Assembly: GCF_000175255.2 (NCBI RefSeq)
Contig: NC_017262.1
Location: forward strand, 840,001-872,000
Origin: Zymomonas mobilis subsp. mobilis ATCC 10988
GTDB lineage: Bacteria > Pseudomonadota > Alphaproteobacteria > Sphingomonadales > Sphingomonadaceae
Reading direction: 5' to 3'
Length of the DNA: 32,000 nucleotides
Part shown: piece after piece, positions 10,420 through 21,026 of the stretch
Position numbering within the stretch: the first letter of the stretch is position 1
Layout of the letters: each line of letters begins with the position of its first letter
Program-made: the position numbers and the translations under genes
Notes under the pieces: generated by a model
What the model saw: the letters and a program-made list of their open reading frames with translations, nothing else
Databases searched by the model: none
What the model was told of the DNA's origin: nothing

Positions 10420-11876
10420 GCCTTTTCTCCCATTTTAACCGGCTCCAGATGACGCAGGTCGGTCAGATGTCCGGTCACAGCCGCAGCGGCCGCCATAGCA
10501 GGTGAAACCAGATGAGTTCTGGCACCGGGGCCCTGCCGTCCGACGAAGTTACGGTTCGAGGTCGAAGCACAACGCTCACCTGCTGGAACCTTATCGGGAT
10601 TCATCGCCAAACACATCGAACAACCGGGTTCACGCCATTCAAAGCCAGCCGCTTTAAAGACTTCATCCAAACCTTCAGCCTCGGCCTGACGTTTTACCAA
10701 ACCGGATCCGGGAACGACCAAAGCCTGTTTAACGTTATCGGCGACATGCCGCCCCCAAACGACCGAAGCCGCCGCTCTCAAATCTTCAATACGGCTATTG
10801 GTGCAGCTTCCGATAAAGACGTTTTCAACTGCCAGACCTTCCATTTTCTGGCCGGGTTCTAACCCCATATATTCCAGAGAACGACGTGCCGCCGCCTGTT
10901 TGGCAGGGTCAGCAAAAGAAGCCGGATCAGGCACAACGCCGGTAATCGGTACCACATCTTCAGGGCTGGTGCCCCATGTCACGGAAGGCTGAACATCCTC
11001 GGCTTTAATGATAACGGTCTTGTCATAAACAGCCCCCTTATCAGTCGCCAAAGACTTCCACCACTGCACCGCTTTTTCCCAATCTGCGCCTTTGGGTGCC
11101 ATCGGACGACCAAAGAGATAAGCAAAGGTCTTTTCATCCGCTGCAATCAATCCGGTGCGCGCACCCGCTTCGATCGACATATTGGAAACGGTCAGACGCT
11201 CTTCGATCGACAGATTGCGGATCGCCTCACCGGTATATTCAATAGCATATCCGGTGCCGCCTGCGGTGCCTAAGCTATGAATGATATGAAGGATCAGGTC
11301 TTTTGCCGACACATCGGGAGACAGCTTGCCTTCAACCCGAACTTCCATAGTCTTGGCAGGGGTTAGGATCAAAGTCTGGGTTGCCATGACATGTTCGACT
11401 TCAGAAGTCCCGATACCGAAAGCCAAAGCCCCCAAGGCTCCATGAGCCGCCGTATGACTATCACCACACACCAAAGTCGTTCCGGGCAAGGTAAAACCCT
11501 GTTCAGGGCCCACGACATGGACAATGCCCTGTTCAGGGTCAGTCGCACTGATATAGCGAACCCCAAATTCTGGCGCATTTTTAGCCAAAGCCGCTAATTG
11601 CTTTGCCGATTGTGGGTCGGCAATTGGTAACAGATGGCCTTCACTATCGACACGTGCGGTTGTCGGCACATTGTGATCCGGCACCGCCAAAGTCCGATCA
11701 GGGCGACGCAAGGGGCGACCTGCCTGACGCAGGGCTTCAAAAGCCTGCGGGCTGGTCACTTCATGGACAAGATGCCGATCGATATAGATAAGAGCAGAAC
11801 CATCCTCACGACGCTCGACAATATGAGCGTCCCATATTTTTTCATAAAGAGTGCGGGGATTTTTTGTCATAATCAT
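10416..11876 (-). CDS. leuC: 3-isopropylmalate dehydratase large subunit
   Basis: 486 aa aconitase-family ORF with [61 protein letters not shown] and [11 protein letters not shown]. It overlaps leuD by 4 bp. Confidence 0.97.
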
Positions 11877-11974
11877 TCCTTTGGCGGCGTTTTTTAACGC
11901 TATTCGTTATAATTGCAATATCGCCGCCCTTATGGATAGCAAGCACACACCCCAAGAAAGGCCTCGCTTTGCCT

Positions 11975-13537
11975 TTATTTCTTATGGGATGCCTTGTCTT
12001 TCTTGGCCGCTGCCGGTGCTGGCTTTTTCACAGCATTTCCTTTCGCCTTTTTATCCGCCGCTACCACTTTCTTGGTAACGACCGAATGCGCAGACGCTTT
12101 CGAAGATGTCGTTTTGCTATGATTTTCTTTGGTCGGTAAAGCAGTCTTGCCGCCTTTTCCCTTTTTCGCATTCACAGATGACGGATGATGCCGTTCCAAC
12201 TGCAATCGCTCTTTCTTTGATATAGGATGCGCCGCGCGATGCACAAGCGGGGCTTGGTCTGGTGTATCCAATTCCATCCAGTCATGGAAGGGCTGGTGAT
12301 AGAGCATATCCATCACCTCCAATTGCACTCCCGTTGGACGCGGACTTTCACTATTCCATAGCGCGGCCACACCGGATTTTAATTTGGGATCAAACAATAA
12401 CAAGGAACGGTAACCACTCACCGCGCCCCGATGCCCTACCATCAAATGACCACGGTAATGATAGACCCGAAAAGCCATGGCATAGGCGGCATCATCCATC
12501 GCATGATCGACAGGCCCTCCTTTCCATGTGCCAGTATTGATCTGGGGTTGATGAATACGATTTAATAAAGACGGCGACAAAGTTTCTGGATCCATCCCCA
12601 TTTGCGCCCGCATCCAACGTCCCAAATCGAGAATAGAACTATTCACACCACCAGCGGCTGGGATCCGGTAATAATTTTCTTTGACCTCGCGGGTATGCTG
12701 CCAGACATGAGGCTCCGCCCAATCAGCTGAATTGACCAAAGCATTGCGGCCAATCGAGGCGGAATACATCCCCAAAGGCAAAAACAGATAACGCCGCACG
12801 GCTTGGGCATAACTCATGCCGGTTACGCGTTCGACAATCTCATGCGCCGTATCAAACGCGACATTCTGATAGCCATAACATTGCCCGACAGAACAACTTA
12901 AATGCAAATGATCCAAATTCTGGCGCAGCGTCGCCGGATCTTCGCCATGCTCCAAACGGTCATCATAGGCATTATGGACCAAACCCAAACGCTGCGATAA
13001 CAACATCCGAATAGTCGCTTGCTGTTCGGCATGTTCTGGCAAGCGAAGACTGGTGCTGTAGCGGGCAATAATATCGTCAATAGACAGGCGTTTTTGATCG
13101 GCCAATAAATTGACCAAAGTCGAAGCCACCCCTTTCGACAAAGACGCCCAACGGAATACTGTATTGGGGGTTACCGAAGCATGTCCCCCTGCCCGCCTAA
13201 CACCATAGCCACGGACAAAACGGATTTTACCATTTTCGACGATAACAACGCCCAATCCTACCATCGTCTGGGATTCCATCAAACGATTCAGACGTTGGTC
13301 TATTTTCTGATAATCAATAACAGAAGTGCCTTCTTCCGGCGGTGCCAGCGTTTGCACAACCGTATTATTGACCGGCTCAGCGGCTTGAATCATTGACGGG
13401 ACAAGACAGGAAAACGCGGTTAACAGCGTGCCGGTTTTCAATGCGATTTTATGAAGAGAGGCGATCCTGTTTTTGCAATAAACTGTTTTAACACGGCGTA
13501 AATTTTTAACAGCCGTTATGATCGTCCGACACTTCAT
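11975..13537 (-). CDS. Beta-lactamase-fold serine hydrolase (class C/PBP-like) with Lys/Ala-rich C-terminal tail
   Basis: SxxK motif in FRWASLSKGVAS, plus YQN and HRGAVSG (KTG-like). The start is probably internal to the listed ORF (13537, MKCRTIITAVKNL...) and precedes a signal-like segment; the longest ORF extends to 13600. Confidence 0.82.
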   Translation of the reverse strand: MKCRTIITAVKNLRRVKTVYCKNRIASLHKIALKTGTLLTAFSCLVPSMIQAAEPVNNTVVQTLAPPEEGTSVIDYQKIDQRLNRLMESQTMVGLGVVIVENGKIRFVRGYGVRRAGGHASVTPNTVFRWASLSKGVASTLVNLLADQKRLSIDDIIARYSTSLRLPEHAEQQATIRMLLSQRLGLVHNAYDDRLEHGEDPATLRQNLDHLHLSCSVGQCYGYQNVAFDTAHEIVERVTGMSYAQAVRRYLFLPLGMYSASIGRNALVNSADWAEPHVWQHTREVKENYYRIPAAGGVNSSILDLGRWMRAQMGMDPETLSPSLLNRIHQPQINTGTWKGGPVDHAMDDAAYAMAFRVYHYRGHLMVGHRGAVSGYRSLLLFDPKLKSGVAALWNSESPRPTGVQLEVMDMLYHQPFHDWMELDTPDQAPLVHRAAHPISKKERLQLERHHPSSVNAKKGKGGKTALPTKENHSKTTSSKASAHSVVTKKVVAADKKAKGNAVKKPAPAAAKKDKASHKK

Positions 13538-13966
13538 GCCATACCCTTTACCATTCTGCCCAAAAAAGCGGACAGTGAATAAAAACAGACCGTCATTCAA
13601 ATGATTGGCGCGAAAAGAGACGACTCAGATAAAGTCGTCCTCTCTTCTTCGATAGCGTTTTTTCATAAAAAGACAGGAAAATTTAGACGAAACTCAATAG
13701 CTTTATTTCATCAAGATAAAAGAGGGATCAGATTAATAGTGCCGGATTTTAGACAGTCACAACAAAGGGGTCTATTTTGGTCGAAAATGACTTTTCAAAA
13801 CGCCCAAAAACAAAAATGATTTTTGCGAAAAGGCTCTTCGAGAAAAGACGCATTTCAGAAAAGGGAATAAACAATTTTTCCTGACGCCTTTCATACCATG
13901 TCCTCATCAGAAAGACTTTATGACCATAAGGTAAAATCATTCTGACGAGGCGCAAAAAGAAAGCGG

Positions 13967-15031
13967 CTATGGAATAATATGTTCAGCCCGCAAACGTTCA
14001 AATAAATCGAAAAAGGAATGCGGCGTATATTGATAGCCCGTAAATCCGCCAAGGCGGCTCTTGCTCATATCGGTCACGGTCTCAAGCGGGCGATCCAAAT
14101 CGGCATCGGTATGCCATGCCGAATTTAACTTCTCAAATCCGATATTTTTAAGCTGATACCGCTTCACAATATCCTGCCATAAATCCGCATCCCCTGATAA
14201 AGTATCAGCCAAAGAGGTGATTTTTTCAGGATAGGGTGCGGCTTCGATTCCGAACCATTCCGCCAATTTTGGCCATAACCATTTCCAGCGGAAAATATCG
14301 CCATTCACGACATTAAACGCCTCATTTTGCCCTTCGGCACGGGTCGAAGCCCATAACACATGATCCGCTAACAGGCGGGCATCGGTCAAATCAGATAAAG
14401 CATGCCATTGTTCAGGCGATCCCGGAAAGATAAAGGGACGGCCTGTTTCGCGACAAATAGTGGCATAAACTGCCAAAGTTGTGCCCATATTCATCACATT
14501 GCCAAGGGCATAGCCAATAATGCTATGGGGACGATGGACGCTCCATGAAAAGCCATATTGCTTCGACGCTTTGAACAAAGCATCTTCTTGATTGTAGTAA
14601 AAATTTTCGAGATCAAGACGCGGCACACTTTCTCGAAAAGGCGTTTCAATCGCGCCCCCTTTGGCATAATTTTCAAAAGAACCCAGATAATGCTTCATGC
14701 CGGTAATCAGCGCACTATGCTTGATCTTTTCAGGATGGGGTAGAGCCTGAAAAATATGGGTAATCATTTCGCTGTTAACGATGCAATTTTCTTTTTCTGT
14801 TGGACGACGTGACCATGCACAAAAAAAGACATGGGAGACAGAAATATCGGCTAAAGCCTGCTGCAAGGCTTCCCTGTCAAAAATATCGGCAGCAACAGGC
14901 AAAACCCCACTCACAATATCAAAGGGATGCCGTGCTAAACCATAGACCGTCCAACCTTCCGCAACCAAACGATTGGAGAGATTTTGACCGACAATACCCG
15001 TCGATCCGACAACCAACGCTTTAAGAGCCAT
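13967..15031 (-). CDS. NAD-dependent epimerase/SDR family oxidoreductase, PRISE (progesterone 5-beta-reductase/iridoid synthase)-like
   Basis: Rossmann motif KALVVGSTGIVGQNL, LITGMKHYLG, and ENFYYNQEDALF, which resembles the NFYYxQED motif of PRISE enzymes. Confidence 0.8.
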   Translation of the reverse strand: MALKALVVGSTGIVGQNLSNRLVAEGWTVYGLARHPFDIVSGVLPVAADIFDREALQQALADISVSHVFFCAWSRRPTEKENCIVNSEMITHIFQALPHPEKIKHSALITGMKHYLGSFENYAKGGAIETPFRESVPRLDLENFYYNQEDALFKASKQYGFSWSVHRPHSIIGYALGNVMNMGTTLAVYATICRETGRPFIFPGSPEQWHALSDLTDARLLADHVLWASTRAEGQNEAFNVVNGDIFRWKWLWPKLAEWFGIEAAPYPEKITSLADTLSGDADLWQDIVKRYQLKNIGFEKLNSAWHTDADLDRPLETVTDMSKSRLGGFTGYQYTPHSFFDLFERLRAEHIIP

Positions 15032-15137
15032 AATTGATATTTCCTTTTCAACACGCTTCTGTCAGGAGCATGTCTGTTCTGGAAAATATCCGCAATCCGG
15101 CACTATTTTGTGCCTTGGTCACTGAAAGGTTACCCCT

Positions 15138-15518
15138 TTGACTCCGCCTCTTCCCGAAGAATATCGCCACCCACCCTTTGATGAAGATTGCGCGCCCAGA
15201 CAGTTATTACGTTTATTAAGCGGGAAATGGACAACGATGATTTTGCACAGCCTCCATCTCTTGGGAGGACATGCCCGTCCAACCCAGTTGATGCGGGCTA
15301 TTCCGGGTCTATCCAAAAAAATGATGACCCAAACATTAAAAGAATTGGAACAACGACAATGGGTTTATCGCGATATAGAGCAAGTGATGCCCCCGATTGT
15401 CGAATATAGGTTAACCGAATTGGGACAGCTTTTTGTCGAACCTATTGAAATGCTTTACCAATGGGGCATTGCCCATAGCGAGGCATTAAACAGGGCATAT
15501 TCTCCCGAAAAACCATAA
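15138..15518 (+). CDS. HxlR-family winged-helix transcriptional regulator
   Basis: 126 aa with CAPRQLLRLLSGKWTTMILHSLHL...RPTQLMRAIPGLSKKMMTQTLKELEQRQWVYR...VEYRLTELGQ, the HxlR domain signature. Divergent from the SDR gene. Confidence 0.92.
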   Translation: MTPPLPEEYRHPPFDEDCAPRQLLRLLSGKWTTMILHSLHLLGGHARPTQLMRAIPGLSKKMMTQTLKELEQRQWVYRDIEQVMPPIVEYRLTELGQLFVEPIEMLYQWGIAHSEALNRAYSPEKP

Positions 15519-15582
15519 AAAAAGACAGTCGAAAGGACATTCTTTCAACTGCCTTTTTTCTTTCCGCTTGTGCCAAAAAAAC

Positions 15583-16851
15583 TTAGTCACAACTACAATG
15601 CAGCCGCCATGACAGCCATGCGGCAACACAACACATCCCCGCGACGGAATATAAAATCTGGGAAGTTGAAAAACCGCTATTGCTAGCAAGGGCTGCCAAA
15701 AAACCACCCAAAACCATCGCACCAGATGTCATAATGTTATTAGCCGCAACCGTGCGGGCAGTGTGATCTTTCTCAACGGTCGTCGTCAAAAAAGCATAAA
15801 GCGGCACAACAAACATCCCGCCAGTAATGGCAACTGCCAACAAAGCAGAGAAGACCAAGATAACACCGGGCTGTTGGATAAATTCAGGCACCGAGAAAAA
15901 ACGATGAACGGGGATATTATGCCAACGCCCGATAACCTGCTCAAACCATAAGACCGAAGCGCCCATTGCCAAAACCGAACCGGGGGCATAGCGGGCAGAT
16001 ACCTTACCGCAAAGAAGGCGATTAATCAGAACCGAACCAATCGCCACACCGATAGAAAAAATCGCTAGAAAGAGACTAGCTACCTGCTTATCCGCATAAA
16101 AAAGATTTTTAACCAAAGGCGGGAATTGGATAATCAGCACCGACCCGATAGCCCAGAAAAAGCTGATCGAACAAATCGCCAAAAACAAACGCGGAATATG
16201 CATTGTTGCCGAGATCAGACGGTAAGAGGCACGAAAGATATGATGATCAATCGGCTCGCCTTCTTTTTCGGCTTTGGCATCGGGAATAGATTTCGATGCA
16301 TAACAGCCCGATAAAGCGACCAACAAAATCACGGCACCGGCGATTTGGCTATTCACAAAACCGGCTACCACCGTTCCCCCCAGAATAGCGAGATAACTAC
16401 CGGCTTCAACAAGGCCAGTTCCTCCCAAAACTTCATCTTTTTTCAGATGCTGGGGTAAAATCGCATATTTGATCGGGCCAAAGAAAGTCGAATGGATGCC
16501 CATCGCAAAAACGGCGATCAGCATTAACGGGATCGAATGTCCCCATAGACCGATAGCGCCCGTCGCCATGATAGCGATTTCCGCTATTTTAACGATGCGG
16601 ATAATGCGGGCTTTGTCATGGCTATCAGCCAATTGTCCCGCCAAAGCCGAAAACAGAAAAAAAGGTATAATAAAGATGCCGGTTGCCAGCGCAGAAAAAC
16701 GGGTTTCCATTTGAGGATTGGAATAAATCCCATAAGTCGCGACCAGAACTACCACTGTCCTGAACAGGTTATCGTTAAAAGCTCCCAAGGTCTGGGTAAC
16801 GAAAAGCGGCAGGAACCGGCGTTTATTCAGAAGCCGGATAGAAGCTTTCAT
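15583..16851 (-). CDS. Major facilitator superfamily transporter, LplT-like
   Basis: 422 aa with multiple transmembrane segments and N-terminal FLPLFVTQTLGAFNDNLFRTVVV, typical of LplT/lysophospholipid transporter-like MFS proteins. Confidence 0.82.
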   Translation of the reverse strand: MKASIRLLNKRRFLPLFVTQTLGAFNDNLFRTVVVLVATYGIYSNPQMETRFSALATGIFIIPFFLFSALAGQLADSHDKARIIRIVKIAEIAIMATGAIGLWGHSIPLMLIAVFAMGIHSTFFGPIKYAILPQHLKKDEVLGGTGLVEAGSYLAILGGTVVAGFVNSQIAGAVILLVALSGCYASKSIPDAKAEKEGEPIDHHIFRASYRLISATMHIPRLFLAICSISFFWAIGSVLIIQFPPLVKNLFYADKQVASLFLAIFSIGVAIGSVLINRLLCGKVSARYAPGSVLAMGASVLWFEQVIGRWHNIPVHRFFSVPEFIQQPGVILVFSALLAVAITGGMFVVPLYAFLTTTVEKDHTARTVAANNIMTSGAMVLGGFLAALASNSGFSTSQILYSVAGMCCVAAWLSWRLHCSCD

Positions 16852-17352
16852 GCCGGAAAAAACTCATATTGTCCTAGAAGGCATCTCTCATAACGAAAGC
16901 AGGGAATAGAGCCAAGGGGCAGAAGCCGCTAGAAAAAGGAAAAAATACACCCGACCCTTTTTCAAAGCCGAAAAAAGCGAACATTTTTACCTTTGCAGCA
17001 AGGCAGCCTTTTTACCCAAAAATCGTTTTTTCAAAGGAAAATAGATAGGTTTGACAGCAGGTTATCTTGGCGATATGCAAGATTTGAAACCGCGTCTCAT
17101 AAAGATAACTTCAAAGGCAATATTGGACAGATAGCGGCAACGCAGATGTTGTTTTCAAGTTGTTAATGGGACATAGTCTTTCTCGTCGCTGCCCGTTTTG
17201 CGATTTGTCATTTCTGATAAGGCAATAGGGCATCCTCGAAATAGGAGAAGGCTGCTACAGGTAGCTTTTTCGCGGTCGGGCATGACCGTTTTACAAAAAA
17301 AAGCCTTTCTTCCGCAAGGATCAAGGCCGATGCCAAAGGAACTGATCGTGCC

Positions 17353-17904
17353 ATGCTGACATTGCCGAATGTCCTGACTCTTTCCCGTATTTTTGCGGTT
17401 CCGGTTTTGGTTGCCCTGCTCTGGAATCCGGGCTGGCTGGGCTATGTCTGCGCTTTTCTTTTATATTGCCTGATGGCGATTACTGATTATTTCGACGGCT
17501 ATCTTGCCCGCGCGCAGGGGACGGTTTCAAAACTCGGCATTTTTCTTGATCCGATCGCGGATAAAATCATGGTAGCTTCGGTTATCGTGATGTTGATCTC
17601 CCGCCATCCGCTGATTGCCGGTTTCCATATTTTGGCGGCATTGATTATCTTGCTGCGGGAAATCGCGGTTTCTGGCCTACGGGAATTTCTGGCCGAATTG
17701 CATGTTTCTTTGCCTGTCAGCCAATTGGCCAAATGGAAAACGACCTTCCAGCTGGTCGCTTTTGGAGCCATCATTCTCAGCGGAGCCACCCTTAGCACGC
17801 CTTTGGTCAGCATCCTCGGCTTGACGTCTTTATGGATAGCCGCTAGCTTAACACTTATCACCGGATGGGATTATTTGCGTATCGGCATCAAACATATGGA
17901 TTGA
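17353..17904 (+). CDS. pgsA: CDP-diacylglycerol--glycerol-3-phosphate 3-phosphatidyltransferase
   Basis: 183 aa with the CDP-alcohol phosphatidyltransferase motif DYFDGYLARAQGTVSKLGIFLDPIADKI. Confidence 0.93.
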   Translation: MLTLPNVLTLSRIFAVPVLVALLWNPGWLGYVCAFLLYCLMAITDYFDGYLARAQGTVSKLGIFLDPIADKIMVASVIVMLISRHPLIAGFHILAALIILLREIAVSGLREFLAELHVSLPVSQLAKWKTTFQLVAFGAIILSGATLSTPLVSILGLTSLWIAASLTLITGWDYLRIGIKHMD

Positions 17905-18349
17905 TGCCGGATTATTCTCCCAATCTGAATAACCCTTTTTCGATAACGACAAATGGATTTCTAATTTGCCATTTCTGTTTTTAGTAAAACCTGTTTCTAT
18001 TCGTAACTGCAAAACGGCTTTTTCCTCAGGCTATGACCAATCTCATATAGCCTGATTTCCTAATTATCAGCCTGTACTGATTCCCGTTTTTCTTCCGCAA
18101 GTCTGCCTTTTTCTGTTTCTCTTTGTTTCGGACATACTTTTTCATCCGAAATGAATATATTCTTTTTTCTCGGACACAGAGATGAAACACAGCTTTTTCA
18201 TACTGTTACCGAGGCCATCAAGCAGAAAAGATCCAGCAGAGCCTCGATATAATTGATTATCTTTTATTTTAAAAAAATAATTTTTTATATTTATTTATGC
18301 GGAAAATATGTTAGTTTATTTCTTATAAAAATAAAAAAAGGAGAGAATC

Positions 18350-18571
18350 ATGCTGAATCTTTCTGACTTTTCCCTGTCGCTTTTGCTGCCCGTTATTTTG
18401 ATTTTGTCAGCCGCTTTGACTTTGGCTTTCTATTTTGCCAACCGGAAAGACAACTATCATTCGAAATTTCCAGCCGTGCGCATTGCGATAGGTTCTTTTG
18501 CCTATTTTGCGGTATCCGCCTTTATCTTAAGCCATATCGGCGAATTACTTTACGATACCATGTTATCATAA
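18350..18571 (+). CDS. Small inner-membrane hypothetical protein
   Basis: 73 aa ORF with two hydrophobic helices, GGAG-type ribosome-binding site upstream (AAAGGAGAGAATC-ATG) and a strong terminator downstream. Confidence 0.72.
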   Translation: MLNLSDFSLSLLLPVILILSAALTLAFYFANRKDNYHSKFPAVRIAIGSFAYFAVSAFILSHIGELLYDTMLS

Positions 18572-18615
18572 AGGCGCTTTCTTCACGGCAACAAAGACCG
18601 CCCTTGCTTGCTCAT

Positions 18616-18650
18616 AACCTCATGTCAAAAAGACATGAGGTTATTTTTTT
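18616..18650 (+). terminator. Intrinsic terminator after the 73 aa gene
   Basis: AACCTCATGTC-AAAAA-GACATGAGGTT followed by ATTTTTTT. Perfect 11 bp stem. Confidence 0.88.
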
Positions 18651-18653
18651 GTC

Positions 18654-19661
18654 TTATTCAGCGGTAACGCCCAAAGCCTCTAACAAAGCATCATCGGCGG
18701 CCATATCGGCATTAGGGGTCGTCAATAAAACATTGCCATAGAAAATCGAATTGGCACCCGCGACCAAACATAAAATCTGGGTTTCACGGCTCAAAGTTGA
18801 TCGGCCAGCGGATAAACGCACCATCGACTGCGGCATCATCAAACGCGCCGTAGCAATCATTCTGACAATTTCCAGAGGGTCGACCGGATCGGCATCGGCC
18901 AAGGGAGTGCCTTCAATCGGCACCAACATATTGACCGGTACGCTTTCGGGATGAGGATTCATGCCTGCCAGAACCACCAACATTTCGACCCGATCACGGG
19001 GAGATTCTCCCAAACCAATGATCCCACCGGTGCAAAGCGCAATACCGGCATCGCGAATTTTGGCTAAAGTCTCCAAGCGATCCTGATAACTATGGGTCGA
19101 TACAATTTGGGGATAATAAGCGGGGCCCGTATCCAAATTATGGTTATAGGCGGTTAATCCGGCCTCGGCCAAACGTCTGGCCTGATCTTCATTGACCATG
19201 CCCAGAGTAACACAGGCTTCCATATCCAAGGCGCGAACACCACGGATCATTTCTAAAACGGCATCAAATTCCTTACCGTCTCGCACTTTGCGCCATGCCG
19301 CACCCATACAGAAACGCTCGGCACCGGCCTTCTTGGCTTTCGCGGCCAAAGCGATAACCGCCGTCGGGTTCATCAGCTTTTCGCGGGTTAATTCAACATC
19401 ATGATGGGCTGATTGGGAACAATAGCCGCAATCTTCAGGACAGCCGCCGGTTTTAATACTCAAAAGGCTACTTTTCTGAAGATGACCTGCGTCATGATAA
19501 CGACGATGGACAGAATTGGCGCGCCCGATCAACTCCAAAAGAGGCAGGTTGTAAATCGCCAAAGCCTCATCCAATTGCCAGTCATAACGAACATTCTCCA
19601 CAGACGGATTCTGTTCGGCCTGATCTCTGCCAGAATGAGACTGTGTTCCCACCGATACCAT
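18654..19661 (-). CDS. bioB: Biotin synthase
   Basis: 335 aa with radical SAM CxxxCxxC motif [28 protein letters not shown] and [10 protein letters not shown]. Confidence 0.97.
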   Translation of the reverse strand: MVSVGTQSHSGRDQAEQNPSVENVRYDWQLDEALAIYNLPLLELIGRANSVHRRYHDAGHLQKSSLLSIKTGGCPEDCGYCSQSAHHDVELTREKLMNPTAVIALAAKAKKAGAERFCMGAAWRKVRDGKEFDAVLEMIRGVRALDMEACVTLGMVNEDQARRLAEAGLTAYNHNLDTGPAYYPQIVSTHSYQDRLETLAKIRDAGIALCTGGIIGLGESPRDRVEMLVVLAGMNPHPESVPVNMLVPIEGTPLADADPVDPLEIVRMIATARLMMPQSMVRLSAGRSTLSRETQILCLVAGANSIFYGNVLLTTPNADMAADDALLEALGVTAE

Positions 19662-19876
19662 ATTTTAAAAACCCTTTTCGCAGCGAAATAATCGCCTTTA
19701 ATGCCAGTAATTGGCCGTTATGGATAGCCGCGCCAGCCAAGGATAGGCGCGACAAAGAAAACAGAAATACACAGAAGGCCATAAAAATAATGGCCTAAAT
19801 AGCCAATGATATTTCCTCATCACACTGATTGCGGGCATCATGGCATCCCGATATGCCCGATAATATATCTATAAAA

Positions 19877-20641
19877 TTATCTAATTTTTACCGGAATATC
19901 ACCCAACATCAAAGCCGCGATAGAAGACAATATCTGGTTGATATTGCGACTTTTGATCGAAAAAAGCAGGTTATTTTCAGATTGTCCCGCTGGCACAAAA
20001 ACCGCTTCATCAACAAGATCAGGGTAAACCACTTCATTTTCTACAGGCAGCAACAAGCTATCAAAAGCAAAAGAGCGATTTTCCGACAGGATCAGCAAAG
20101 TATTCTTCAAATCCTTATTAAAAATATCGCCGATTTCTTCGATAAATTGAACATTCCGACTGCGGTCGATATGCTCGATAGCCAGCAATAATAAAGCAAA
20201 GAAAATTTTGTCGCGATAGCTTTCGTCAAACAACAATTCAAAGCTGAAAAAATACTTTACCCGCTTTCTGAATTTCTTTTTTAATGCGAATAAAGCCATA
20301 ATCGCTTCAAAAATATCATTCTTCTGGGATAATTTCGGCAAAATCCAACCATCAGGGGTCGTCGCCGGAATCAAAATACCTTTCTCAACAAAAGGCGAAA
20401 ATTCCCGTTCAAAAGCCTTGTCCTCCAAGGCTTTCGGATACAGCAAAAAAATACCGGCGACATCCGGCTGAACCGCATTAGTCAAAAAGTCACGAAAATA
20501 GGTCTTAAACTCACAAATCCGCGATACACTATAAATAAAATCGACGGCTGTTTTTTCGCCATAAAAGAAGCTGGCCGCATGGGCAATCAAAGCGGCAAAA
20601 CTATCATCACGGATAGGCGGTTGAGCATGGATCGGGGTCAT
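19877..20641 (-). CDS. Hypothetical protein, no family recognised
   Basis: 254 aa ORF with native-looking composition. It covers most of the interval between bioB and the interrupted SDR gene. Confidence 0.6.
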   Translation of the reverse strand: MTPIHAQPPIRDDSFAALIAHAASFFYGEKTAVDFIYSVSRICEFKTYFRDFLTNAVQPDVAGIFLLYPKALEDKAFEREFSPFVEKGILIPATTPDGWILPKLSQKNDIFEAIMALFALKKKFRKRVKYFFSFELLFDESYRDKIFFALLLLAIEHIDRSRNVQFIEEIGDIFNKDLKNTLLILSENRSFAFDSLLLPVENEVVYPDLVDEAVFVPAGQSENNLLFSIKSRNINQILSSIAALMLGDIPVKIR

Positions 20642-21026
20642 AGAAAAACCCTATAAAACAAGGCTAGTTTTCAGGCAAATGAAACCTCTTTCACCCCGTT
20701 TTTCATCTCATATCCTGAAAAGAAGCACAGCCCCGTCTTTATCACCTGCCCACAATTTTCTGATAAAATGGCCTCTGCCATATATCGAATAAACCGATAA
20801 AGACGCTTTTTTTTATCTGAATAATCACCCGCAAAAACTCGGAAATTCTTTGCAGAGCAATCGTTTCCTTATCAAAACTACCTTCGCCCCTAATCAAAAG
20901 GCAACGTCCTCAGGACAGATTGCTTTCTCTTTCGGGCATAGAGGATTCAATGAAAGGAAGAAGATGGTTAAAATTGATCTCACCGGCAAAACAGCTATTG
21001 TCACCGGCTCATCCGAAGGCATCGGC

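Noticed and set aside
11603-12540. Small plus-strand ORFs over leuC and the serine hydrolase.
   Set aside because: Alternate-frame artefacts opposite well-supported minus-strand genes.
13749-13955. Minus ORF 13749..13955 (68 aa) between the serine hydrolase and the SDR.
   Set aside because: No motif, no clear ribosome-binding site and a composition like random intergenic translation.
17254-17270. GCTAC-AG-GTAGC-TTTTT upstream of pgsA looked like a terminator or attenuator.
   Set aside because: The stem is only 5 bp with a 2 nt loop, which is too weak and sterically poor to call.
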